A stretch of DNA of 63,125 nt, filler included, from Octopus bimaculoides (lineage: Eukaryota), in the NCBI RefSeq assembly GCF_001194135.2. It is 6 parts of 6 records of this genome, joined end to end, with 100 filler letters (N's around TTAATTAATTAA, not from the genome) between each part and the next. Parts side by side here need not be neighbours in the genome. Positions count along the whole stretch, not along the records: positions 51,254 to 56,249 come from NC_068987.1; positions 56,350 to 60,542 come from NC_068983.1; positions 60,643 to 63,125 come from NW_026361790.1; 3 more parts are not named here. One strand, written 5' to 3'. Positions 51,342 through 63,125 of the stretch are shown here, piece after piece (position 1 is the stretch's first letter; every line of letters starts with the position of its first letter). The notes below the pieces were generated by a model that was not told the DNA's origin, did no database searches, and saw only the letters and a list, made by a program, of their open reading frames with translations. The position numbers and the translations under genes were made by a program.

Positions 51342-53112
51342 CAATGGTGAGCACAGCTGACCAAAAGTTAGCTTCGCAAGCGCTAAACCACTAAACAGAT
51401 TTAAAAATTAGCGGAAGCTAACGCTAACTGATAACCACTAACTTTTATCAACTGAATTTAGTTTCCGTTTTGTTCTTTGGCTCTAAAACCCTTAAAAACC
51501 TACCTAGAGAGATGAAATGTTCATGTTGTAGCTTAGATATAGAGCTTTCTAAAAAGGTATAGCATGCGAAGATCAGAGGGTGATCAAGGTGTACACAAAT
51601 AATTAAATGAACAAATGAAATTAAACATTAGCTTTTCAGTCAACATACACTTTATTTACTGTACAAAAGGTATTAAGCGAATCAAAAAGGTTATAGTATA
51701 GTATAGGTGTCATGCCAAGATCAGATGATGATCGAGGTGTACTGCTCCGGCTGGGCCCTCTCCATTGCCTCGATGTGATGCAGGTTGCCCTTCATAAACA
51801 TTAGCCTCTCAAAGTTACCATCTGACAGGGTGACTTTCTTGGCTCTCAAAATATCTTTGCCTTTAGAGAATAGGCGCTCAACTGCAACATGGGATGGAAT
51901 AGCGGTGTTATACTTGTTGAACAGGTGATGAACACCTGTTCAACAAGTATAAGGCGACTTCAGTCAGGATCTCCTTCGAGACGGCCTCCAACCAGGTCTT
52001 CACCAAGTTCTTCGGCTTAGATTTCAGTGACCTGTTGCTGCTGCTCTCCCGGAACCGAGTGAAGTTGCTGAAGAAATCATCTTCCACATCCTCATAGCTG
52101 GTGGTACTGCTGCTCTCCTCATTGGTCTCCATTAGGCCTGTCTCTACGACGGTCTCCATGGCGTTCGTTACTCTGCTAACCTGGCTGCTTTTATACTGCT
52201 CCAGCCAGAACAGGCGAAACCTGGGATGGAAGGCAGAGGTCATTGACACTCCTGGTCTTCTAGGAGGAGCGCAAAACTTTTCGTGATGCCTGCCAGTATC
52301 GCGTCTACCAGAGGACTGCAGTACAGGAGATGTTTGAACTTGGTCTCCTTCACCTTCATGACGGTAGTCGCTACAGTTGACAGAAGTCTCCCGAGAGAGG
52401 CCTGGTCCTCCCCTTGGATTTTATCCAAGGCCTTGGCGACATTAGACATCATCTGGGTATACTCCGCTAGGAAGTCGACATCCGAATCAGTGAAGGTTTG
52501 CATCTTCAACTGTCATCACCCTTTGGACAGCTTCCCTATTCTTCTCTAGCAGGTTGTTGAGGACAACAACAGGTCATAGGTAGTGTTCTATCTGGTACTG
52601 TTGGGGACCACCAGCCTCATCTTCAACGCGTCCAGAATGCTGTCTGCCGCCACCGTACTGCGGCTCTGCAGATTCCACAGCTGCTGTGCCTTGGACATGG
52701 CTTTCCTGTAGGCCGACTTGAACGAAGCCCTGTCAAGAGCCTTGTTGGCATCCACGCTGGCTACCAAGTTGAAGGTATGGGCTGCGCACTTCATGTTTAG
52801 GCCCAAGCCACTGGACTCGTCAAGGATGGCATCAACAGAGATGTACTCAACTTCGTCCACATTCCCAGCCTCGGGATCCACCTCCAGGTTCACATCTTCG
52901 ATACCCTCCACGTCCGGATCTGCAGCACTCTCAGGAATGTCTGGCAAGAGATCAACTTCTGTACCAAACTGCATAAGTATCTTGTTTTTTTTGCCATTGT
53001 CTGTCAAAAAGGTTTTTGCTATTGTCCGTCGTGGTCATGGTCACCTTATCTTGCAGATGGAACTTGTAATAGGTGTCCACCATGGCCTGGGCGAGAAAAT
53101 CAAATGTGTGAT
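51342..53112 (-). mobile_element. hAT DNA transposon remnant, Tol2/Ac-like
   Basis: Candidate end CAATGGTGAGCAC followed by subterminal GCTAAC/GTTAGC repeats; the other end is lost in the gap. Confidence 0.8.
51721..53112 (-). pseudogene. hAT transposase (stops and frameshifts)
   Basis: TTDNSKN; KCAAHTFNLVASVDA; VPNSTR*NT; YCSPLVDAILAGI; AFHPRFR; PSHVAVERLFSKGKDIL...LSDGNFERLMFMK dimerisation domain. Confidence 0.9.
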
Positions 53113-55188
53113 NNNNNNNNNNNNNNNNNNNNNNNNNNNNNNNNNNNNNNNNNNNNNNNNNNNNNNNNNNNNNNNNNNNNNNNNNNNNNNNNNNNNNNNN
53201 NNNNNNNNNNNNNNNNNNNNNNNNNNNNNNNNNNNNNNNNNNNNNNNNNNNNNNNNNNNNNNNNNNNNNNNNNNNNNNNNNNNNNNNNNNNNNNNNNNNN
53301 NNNNNNNNNNNNNNNNNNNNNNNNNNNNNNNNNNNNNNNNNNNNNNNNNNNNNNNNNNNNNNNNNNNNNNNNNNNNNNNNNNNNNNNNNNNNNNNNNNNN
53401 NNNNNNNNNNNNNNNNNNNNNNNNNNNNNNNNNNNNNNNNNNNNNNNNNNNNNNNNNNNNNNNNNNNNNNNNNNNNNNNNNNNNNNNNNNNNNNNNNNNN
53501 NNNNNNNNNNNNNNNNNNNNNNNNNNNNNNNNNNNNNNNNNNNNNNNNNNNNNNNNNNNNNNNNNNNNNNNNNNNNNNNNNNNNNNNNNNNNNNNNNNNN
53601 NNNNNNNNNNNNNNNNNNNNNNNNNNNNNNNNNNNNNNNNNNNNNNNNNNNNNNNNNNNNNNNNNNNNNNNNNNNNNNTATATATATATATATATATATA
53701 TAATCAAGGTGGGTAGCAGGAATTTAAAATCAACAAGGAAATAATTCACTGTCACTAAGAGTGACAAGAGTGCAGTGAGCACCAGCATTACTAGATTAGG
53801 AATGGAATCGTAGACTCCTTAGCCAAAAAAGCATAGTCTCTTTGTATTGATAGACGAGAAAACCCTCCCCACTGTGAGTGAGATGCATTAGATTAGCATG
53901 CTAATTTCGTATAGGAAATTAATACTCAATAATGTTTACTGTATCACAGCTGGTAGAGGCCAACTCACCCTGTCAATATTATGGAGAATACCATTGGAAT
54001 CAGTGACTGGTTTAACAAAATGGCAATATGAAAATTATAAAATAATCATGGTGACTAGCAGCAATTTAAAACCAACAAGAAAATTATTCACCGTCATTAA
54101 ATATAAACTGACGCACACAAATATACATACATGTTACTACAATTCAACGCACACACATACACAGTCGCACACACATATAAACATAGACAAATAAATAGTT
54201 ATCTGCCCAAGTAGAAAAACACAAATGTTTCTCACGAAAATAACTACCGCAAAATCAACAGGAGACAAAACATTCATTAGAAACATATTTTTAACTAGTT
54301 TCCCAAATAAACACATTCAAAACATTCAGCTGAAGAACCCCACACACATACAAAAAGAAAACATTTTTGAAATAAGCAAATAAATAAAACCACTAACCAG
54401 GGATATATTTCATCCAGAAAATAGCACACCAACCAACCACGCGCACGCACCCAGGATCATTCCTGAATAGGAACAGGTGGTGCAAACTTTGCTTGGTTGT
54501 GGGGGCAAAGATCCTAAAAAATCCGCTTCGCCTGGAGGGTTAGNNNNNNNNNNNNNNNNNNNNNNNNNNNNNNNNNNNNNNNNNNNNNNNNNNNNNNNNN
54601 NNNNNNNNNNNNNNNNNNNNNNNNNNNNNNNNNNNNNNNNNNNNNNNNNNNNNNNNNNNNNNNNNNNNNNNNNNNNNNNNNNNNNNNNNNNNNNNNNNNN
54701 NNNNNNNNNNNNNNNNNNNNNNNNNNNNNNNNNNNNNNNNNNNNNNNNNNNNNNNNNNNNNNNNNNNNATTCTTAAATTCCAAAAGTGAAACGTTTAGTC
54801 AGTGCCTTCATGAAAGAAAATTTATGTTGTAGACATGGAATTCCCGGTTTCCACACTAGTGAATGGAAATCGTACATAAACTGACCTATTTCAGACATAA
54901 CTGGAAGTGGACATGAGGAGATAACTCCATCTCATACAGAAAGGGTTTTGTTTTGAAAAATTTTGTAGTAAGGTGTTTTCACAATTCTGGCTGTCCAAGA
55001 CTGTATTTTTACCTCTAATAGTAAAGGGATGATGTGACGCCGGCCAGCAGGTCTGATTAGCAATAATAGACGTGAAACCAATAGTAACTTTCTGACCGGC
55101 AATAACCAAAGACTACTTTAAATATTACTACTAAAAATTTCTTTTAAATAGAGTGTGCTTTTTTCGGACTTAAGAACAACAGAACAAT

Positions 55189-55191
55189 TAT

Positions 55192-55290
<99 letters not shown>

Positions 55291-55400
55291 CACACACACA
55301 CACACACACTCTTATATGTATGTATGTGTGTATGTATGTGTGTATGTATGTATGTATGTATGTTTGGATGGATGGATGGATGGATGGATGGATTTTTATC
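55189..55400. repeat. Compound tetranucleotide microsatellite (GACA/GATA/CA/TATG/GGAT)
   Basis: Direct reading. Confidence 0.95.
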
Positions 55401-55684
55401 CTGTTTAGAGTTAGTGAACGACGGGCATTCCAAGTCACTGATCTTCAAATGTGTTTTCCTTTTCCTTTCTTTTCTTTATTTTTCATCAATTATATCAATT
55501 CCAGTACTTTATTCCTTATTTTTATATACTTCCTCAACAGAAATCCACTCATATTCATGAATAGACATCACGTAGAACAACACGGACATACATACATATG
55601 AACGTACACACGCTGACATTCATACACATACACGTACATACACACATACAAACATGCATACATACATACATATATACACACACT

Positions 55685-55716
<32 letters not shown>

Positions 55717-55838
55717 CACATATGTCTGCACATGAGTGTGTATGTATCGTAACATGGTTGAGAAATATGAANNNNNNNNNNNNNNNNNNNNNNNNNNNNN
55801 NNNNNNNNNNNNNNNNNNNNNNNNNNNNNNNNNNNNNN

Positions 55839-55897
<59 letters not shown>

Positions 55898-56053
55898 ATT
55901 ACATATATGTATAAGTATGTGTAGGTGGTGTTTACTTATACACGTATATGTATATATATGTATACACATACACACATACATACATATGTATATATANNNN
56001 NNNNNNATACACACATACAAACATGCATACATACATACATATATACACACACT

Positions 56054-56085
<32 letters not shown>

Positions 56086-56190
56086 CACATATGTCTGCAC
56101 ATGAGTGTGTATGTATCGTAACATGGTTGAGAAATATGAAAAACTATACAAAAAACACACAGCGCTCGATACTGATATACACACACACAT

Positions 56191-56249
<59 letters not shown>

Positions 56250-56498
56250 NNNNNNNNNNNNNNNNNNNNNNNNNNNNNNNNNNNNNNNNNNNNTTAATTA
56301 ATTAANNNNNNNNNNNNNNNNNNNNNNNNNNNNNNNNNNNNNNNNNNNNCCGCAAGGGGTGGGTTTTCAGAAGACCGATTGAATCACACGAAAGCTCTTG
56401 TTTTTAACCAACTGTTGGCAAAAATTCAATGTAGGCAAACATAAATAAATACGAGAAATTGTTTAGAATTATACAGACTAAAACGACGACAGCCAATC

Positions 56499-56561
<63 letters not shown>

Positions 56562-56818
56562 AAATATTCTTATTATTTCATAGTGTAAAGATAGAAGTAC
56601 GTTGTAGAACATAGAGTCTAAAAATAGACTGTATAGGGGCGTTATATTTTCATGTGAATAACAGTATCAGACTTCTAAAATCTGTTTAGTTTTTTGGAGG
56701 GATAGGGCACTTTTAGAAGGAATATTTAGGTGCTGCTTTATATCATTCTTAAAATGTATCCCCTCTCAGTTTGAAAAAAGACGTAATATTTATAAGACGC
56801 TTATCAATCTAAAGATAG

Positions 56819-56894
<76 letters not shown>
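56499..56894. repeat. (GATA)n at 56499-56560 and (GA)n at 56822-56894
   Basis: Direct reading. Confidence 0.9.
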
Positions 56895-56895
<1 letters not shown>

Positions 56896-59418
56896 AGGTG
56901 TGATAGAGTGAGAGAGTTTGTCATTATTGTGTGTAATCTATCAGCTATCAACCCAAAAGAAAACCCTGCAACATATCACTAGATATGGAAACGGACAGAG
57001 GTACCTCAGGCAAAGAACTAAAATCTCAAAATGCAGTGTTAATCGCTCGTGGTAGATTGCAGGAAAGTGACTCACAAATAGATCTCTGCTATAAAAATGT
57101 TATGTATAATAATCAATGAAGTGTTAAGTCAGCAACCCATTGAACATACGGTTTTATTGTTGAATAACATCTGAACAGGAGGAACTGCAATCAAGTAATA
57201 TGATCGAAGTAAACTAATCTTGTTTTTCCGATGATTTATGACTTTTTTCCATCTTAATTGTTCAGGTCACGGCTATATTACGGAAAATTGTAAGACAATG
57301 AAATATTCATGACACAAATTACATTCATCATATAACTATTCTTTAAGGTTATACAACTTCTGATGTTTTAGTTGCCAGCTATATTCGATTGACAATAAAA
57401 TAAATTGATTTCTATTTTTTTTTTGGAAAGCGCCATAATTGTGGAGAATGAGTCAAATAAACAATATCCTATACAATACACAACCAGTATTTATTGAATC
57501 TGATACGGAATGATGTAAAAGCAAGGTTAATCATATTACTTGAGTAACAATATATTGGTAAAAACGTTTGTTTGCACAAAGATTAGATGCATTTCCTTGA
57601 GACATTTAGTTACACAACGTTACTTCACTTCACTTTAGGCATTCCCAAAATTACAAACTAGAACGTTTCTACTTTCGAGCTATGAGCAATAACAGTCAGA
57701 TTTATCCAGGATCAAAATCTAGAGACTGAAAAATTAGTTATATTTCATAAAGTAGTATAGAATTAACGTTTCCTAAAAGTAGTTGCGTGCTGCGTTTGCT
57801 TGATTTAGAATAATGAGAAGGTAAACAACAAAAATAACCAATTTTTTCTAATGATGTCTTTTTGAAACACAGATCTGCTTCAACATTACATTTTTTTCTT
57901 TCTTACAATATACAGAAAATTCCTTTAGAATTTTCAAACAAACTAAACATGTATTATACTGTTAAATGTAATTAGAAGCTTGGTTTTGATTAGAGGGAAA
58001 CAACAGGAATTATATGATTATTCTATTTTTCACTGGATTCTAGAGTACTTCTAGTACACCCCTTCTCTGTATATACATAGACACTTACGCTGCGCGTGAA
58101 AAGAATCAAGCACACACAGAGTCATAGATTTGTCACCTCAGGGAGTAAACACCTTCATCCCACCGGTTACACGTACTGCAAGGGTCAAATTCTCCACTAA
58201 TCTATGCTACAATATTTCTGAACTTACATAGCCCTATACACATACAAGCAACTCTCTAACACATCCATTTTTATTCGCATATCTACAAACCCGCCATTTC
58301 CCGCTGTGTACATCTCGATAAGAAAATATTCCCACCTGGTTTTTAACTCTTCTTTCCTATTTCCACCTCTGGTTCCGTCTTTTATTTTTTCGAGGTTTTC
58401 TATTTCCCCTGATACAGTACTAACCCCCAAATGTTAAAACACAATATTCAATTAAAGCGTTAAAAACAGTTACTGTATTAGTCAAATTTGTAACTTCTAC
58501 TCCTGTGTTGATTGTATTTACACTTTACGTACTTACGCACATCATATATGCCCATACAGACAGACACCGACACATTTACACATACTGAAACAAACACACA
58601 CATATACAATTTTTAAAGACGGACACGTATAAAATCTCAGAACTCCCATTAGAAATTTGTCTTCATTTTTAACTGTGAAGAACATTTCCATTAATTTCGA
58701 ATGGCTTATGTGCGCTAATGCTTATGAGACGTTTCATACCTTCTTCGCAATATATACATGGATGGAGATGAAAATTAATATGTAATACGAATTTCTAAAA
58801 CAAAAATAAAGTGGAAGTTTTCAGAAAAGAATCATTTCTGCCAACCGTTTTCCAAGAAACTCCAGTGATAAAAAAGTTCGGGTTTACATGCGTGTGTGAC
58901 TCTGTGTGTGTGNNNNNNNNNNNNNNNNNNNNNNNNNNNNNNNNNNNNNNNNNNNNNNNNNNNNNNNNNNNNNNNNNNNNNNNNNNNNNNNNNNNNNNNN
59001 NNNNNNNNNNNNNNNNNNNNNNNNNNNNNNNNNNNNNNNNNNNNNNNNNNNNNNNNNNNNNNNNNNNNNNNNNNNNNNNNNNNNNNNNNNNNNNNNNNNN
59101 NNNNNNNNNNNNNNNNNNNNNNNNNNNNNNNNNNNNNNNNNNNNNNNNNNNNNNNNNNNNNNNNNNNNNNNNNNNNNNNNNNNNNNNNNNNNNNNNNNNN
59201 NNNNNNNNNNNNNNNNNNNNNNNNNNNNNNNNNNNNNNNNNNNNNNNNNNNNNNNNNNNNNNNNNNNNNNNNNNNNNNNNNNNNNNNNNNNNNNNNNNNN
59301 NNNNNNNNNNNNNNNNNNNNNNNNNNNNNNNNNAGAAAAGCAAAGCGCAGGGGGGTAGTGATAAAGAGAGAGATGTTTCAGAACAATCAAGAAAGAGGAA
59401 AACTAATGATAATAATTA

Positions 59419-60382
59419 TAACAAGAGCACTCAACGTTCGCTTAGCGATTAGCCGATGATTTTTGAAATGAGAATATCTGAAATAAACTCGACTGCCCTC
59501 ACAAAAGGGAATACTAAAAATAAACTCGATCGCTCTCAAAAATCAAATTTTAAAAACCGGATAAATAATCCAGAATCCATGTCCGGTACCTGATCGATCC
59601 CAATGGTAATTATAGTGTGTGGATGTGGGAGAACGGGCCGTGTTTGTAATGCTGTGTGTATGTCATCTGCAGTAGGAACAGGGAGAGTTTTCTTTATGAA
59701 GGACTTTTTCAGTCTATCCGCTGATATAGTGTCTTCACGACCATTAAAGTCTATAGTTAAAAATTTATCCATGCGTGAAAGAAAACGGAAAGGACCTGCA
59801 TATAGTGCTGTTAACGGAGGTTTAACAACATCGTTGCGCACAAAAACGTGAGACCAAGAAGTAAAGCTTCATTCAAGTCAGAGCTAGAAATGCAATTGTC
59901 AAGTAGGTAAGAGGTTTTAAACAGGAGTGACAAATTCAAAATTGGTAAAACTAAAAATTATCGAGGATAAATTACATTTATTATTGATACTGAATTTGTC
60001 AGTCTCATTTAATTTCTGAACAGTTTTTCTGCCATTTGTTTATGTAGTTTGATTTCTTTATCCATTAGTTTCTACTGAGATAGAGACGCGAGTAAAATTA
60101 TTAATAGAAAAACGAAAATAAAACTTTGGAAACACAAACTACATTCATAACTTACGTGGAAACTACGAGTGTGCTTTCAAGGGATATAACCAGAGAAAGA
60201 CTTGAAAGTGAACGTAAGATCGTAATACTTCATGCAAGATAAACTAAATATAAAAAAAATAATCCAGAATCCTTGTCCGGTACCGGAATCGATCCCCAAA
60301 TCAGTTCGTGGCAGTCAGGAGGTCAAATATCCCTGAATGTTTCATTCAAATCCATCCAGCGGTCCTTGAGATACAACTGAAA
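59419..60382 (+). mobile_element. Probable non-autonomous Helentron/HINE-like repeat, interrupted
   Basis: Starts aacaagagcactc; the 40-bp motif AATAATCCAGAATCC.TGTCCGGTACC..ATCGATCCC occurs at 59564 and 60258; tail tttcattcaaatccatccagcggtccttgagata. Confidence 0.4.
59604..59868 (-). pseudogene. Gypsy LTR-retrotransposon integrase C-terminal (GPY/F) fragment
   Basis: WSHVFVRNDVVKPPLTALYAGPFRFLSRMDKFLTIDFNGREDTISADRLK. Confidence 0.85.
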
Positions 60383-60642
60383 ACACTACTACTACTGCTA
60401 CTACTACTACTACTACTACTACTAATACTACTACTACTACTACCAATAATAATAATAATAATAATAATAATTATAATTATAATTATTATTATTACTATTA
60501 TTGTTCAGTAGTTTTATTTTTATAACGTGCTTTCACTTCACTNNNNNNNNNNNNNNNNNNNNNNNNNNNNNNNNNNNNNNNNNNNNTTAATTAATTAANN
60601 NNNNNNNNNNNNNNNNNNNNNNNNNNNNNNNNNNNNNNNNNN

Positions 60643-62575
60643 TTTGTCTCCTCCTTGGGTTTTTCACCAAGGAGTCTATTATACAATTTTTTATATAAAT
60701 ATTTTTGGCATCCCCCTACCGCATTAGGGAAGAGAGATTTTATTTTCTGGTGCAATGCTGGTGTAATGTGGTATATCTTTATGTGTTTTGGCGGTGTTGT
60801 AAGTGGGTGATTGTTTGTTTTAATGTCATTGTTTGTAATGTTTGTTTTTGAGTTGATGTATTTCATCAACTCTGTGTTAGTAGGGTTTATCGCTGTGAGC
60901 ATTGTTTTTTGCATATTATTATTGGTGTTGGGAATATTTTTGGGAGAAGTGAATCTCCCTGCTTTGTTTGTGTTTGCATTTTGTTTTGTTTTCTTCTTAC
61001 TGCGCTTCCTCTTTCCTTTCGTAGCTATTTGCCACTCCTCCCCACTCTCTTCATCCTACGAGAGTTCTGAGGAATCAGAAAGAGGTAACGGCAAATTTTG
61101 TGCGTCAGAGTGTGTTTCTGTGAGTGTTTGTGTTGCTGTTTTTGTTGGTGTTGGCTGCTTGTTATTTGTGTGTGGTGTATGTGATATGGGGGGGGGGAGA
61201 AGCAGTCTTGGAATTTTCTTTTTCTTCTTCTGTTTTTGCAGTTTCTGTTGTCTTTTCTGTTGTGGTTATTGCTTATATTTCTGTTGTTGTTTTTTGTGTT
61301 GCTGGTGGTGTTGGTAGTAAATTTTTTCTGTTGGGGGTATTTGGTAGTTGCTCCTGTTGTTGTTGTTGTTGTTGTTGCTTTTGTTTAGCGGCCAGTGGGC
61401 AGTCCTTTTTCNNNNNNNNNNNNNNNNNNNNNNNNNNNNNNNNNNNNNNNNNNNNNNNNNNNNNNNNNNNNNNNNNNNNNNNNNNNNNNNNNNNNNNNNN
61501 NNNNNNNNNNNNNNNNNNNNNNNNNNNNNNNNNNNNNNNNNNNNNNNNNNNNNNNNNNNNNNNNNNNNNNNNNNNNNNNNNNNNNNNNNNNNNNNNNNNN
61601 NNNNNNNNNNNNNNNNNNNNNNNNNNNNNNNNNNNNNNNNNNNNNNNNNNNNNNNNNNNNNNNNNNNNNNNNNNNNNNNNNNNNNNNNNNNNNNNNNNNN
61701 NNNNNNNNNNNNNNNNNNNNNNNNNNNNNNNNNNNNNNNNNNNNNNNNNNNNNNNNNNNNNNNNNNNNNNNNNNNNNNNNNNNNNNNNNNNNNNNNNNNN
61801 NNNNNNNNNNNNNNNNNNNNNNNNNNNNNNNNNNNNNNNNNNNNNNNNNNNNNNNNNNNNNNNNNNNNNNNNNNNNNNNNNNNNNNNNNNNNNNNNNNNN
61901 NNNNNNNNNNNNNNNNNNNNNNNNNNNNNNNNNNNNNNNNNNNNNNNNNNNNNNNNNNNNNNNNNNNNNNNNNNNNNNNNNNNNNNNNNNNNNNNNNNNN
62001 NNNNNNNNNNNNNNNNNNNNNNNNNNNNNNNNNNNNNNNNNNNNNNNNNNNNNNNNNTAACAGTTTATAAATAATGCATTTTTTGTTTTTTTATTCTATT
62101 ATTTCTTTGGGTATATTTATTTTAACATCATCGCCTTCTTTCGTAAGAAGGGATTTTGTGTTTTTAATTTGTTGTTGTGTGAATGTCACTATTTTCCTGT
62201 TTTCTTTTATAGCATCGGCGAAATTTGTTTTTGTTGTGCTGGCGGACATGTTCTTTGGAATATTTTTGTTTATGTTGGTGTTGGTACTGCCGGATTCAAA
62301 GGTGGTGGTAGTGGCAGCAGAGTTTGTTGAACAGGTGGTAGTGTCGGTGCTGACGGCCGATAAATTTGCGTCCTTGCTGTTGTTGTTGTTTTTGTTGTTG
62401 TTGTTGGTATTGGTGGTGACGGAAGTAGCAGTGGTAGTCTTGGTGGTGTTGGTGGTGGTGGTGACAACAGTCTCCATGACTTTGTCGGTTGTCGTGTGTG
62501 TGCGCGTGCAGTTTTCGTTCTTTTTTGTTTCTCCTAGCGTTTCAAGGCTAGGGAAATGCTGGTCCATGAACAACT
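60643..62575 (-). pseudogene. LINE ORF1 (gag-like, L1/Tx1-style) remnant spanning a gap
   Basis: Thr/Asn-rich N-terminus, NFADAIKEN, zinc-knuckle end KKDCP after the gap, acidic patch then EEWQIATKGKRKRSKKK. Confidence 0.6.
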
Positions 62576-62806
62576 TTCACCAGCGTTCCCTTACAACATT
62601 CCTCGATATTTTCCAAATGTCGAGAAAAAATTCACAAGTTTTGTTGGGTTGAAACTGCCCCTAGGGGTCAATTCCTACCCTGTAAAAGCACACAAACGAA
62701 GTTGGGTGCCTTATACAGACGATGTTCAAAACTGTTTTTCAAAATGTGGGCGAGAAAAAGTCAAAATAAAGGGTTAACTTGTGAGCCGATGCATCAACAC
62801 GTCAGT

Positions 62807-62882
62807 CAATAGATATATAGATAGATAGATAGATATATAGATAGATAGATAGATAGATAGAAAGATAGACAGACAGACAGAC

Positions 62883-62922
<40 letters not shown>
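62807..62922. repeat. (GATA/GACA)n microsatellite
   Basis: Direct reading. Confidence 0.95.
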
Positions 62923-62923
<1 letters not shown>

Positions 62924-63125
62924 CATTTCTTTTATTAGCCACACAGGGCTCAACATAGAGGGGACAAACTACAAATGTAGAGTTTTTCTTTTCGATGGGG
63001 ACGAAAATAAAGTAAAAAAAAATTAAAATGGGGATAACGATGAAAAGGCATCGAGAAAACGTCTGGGGTATGTACAAAAAAAATTAAAATATTACAAAAA
63101 TTTCCCAATAAATGGGGAGGTTATC

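Noticed and set aside
55640-56140. ~130-bp direct duplication
   Set aside because: Near-identical copies separated by small gaps; likely a haplotype or assembly artefact.
699-62074. Long ORFs of 200-400 aa in the supplied track
   Set aside because: They are made of X from N gaps or of microsatellite translations (YI, HT, CV, RE, LSIY).
1-63125. CRISPR arrays, rRNA or prokaryotic operons
   Set aside because: No regular repeat-spacer array, no rRNA-like sequence and no gene-dense region; the content is eukaryotic repeats.

Overview
AT-rich, repeat-saturated animal genomic DNA with about 8 kb of N gaps. I found no credible host gene exon; nearly all ORFs in the supplied track are microsatellite or N-run artefacts. 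The SINE families and microsatellite load resemble an octopod cephalopod draft assembly (inference). Contents: several tRNA-derived SINE families, (TAA)n-associated R4/Dong-like REL-LINE fragments, several Penelope-like element (PLE) remnants, a Tol2-like hAT transposase remnant, a Tigger/pogo remnant, a Gypsy integrase fragment, a LINE ORF1 with a zinc-knuckle end, MITE-like hairpins, and five synthetic 44N-TTAATTAATTAA-44N spacers. The most interesting signal is a set of minimal type I hammerhead ribozyme (HHR) motifs in short elements that mostly end at (TA)n. The best case is a ~5.2 kb unit (37075-42232) bounded by ~350-bp inverted repeats that each carry an HHR. It encloses a GIY-YIG endonuclease frame with no recognisable RT, a ~2.7-copy ~850-bp tandem array, and a Dong-like LINE inserted in the ORF's poly-Asn (AAT)n tract. 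All calls were made by eye, with no database searches.
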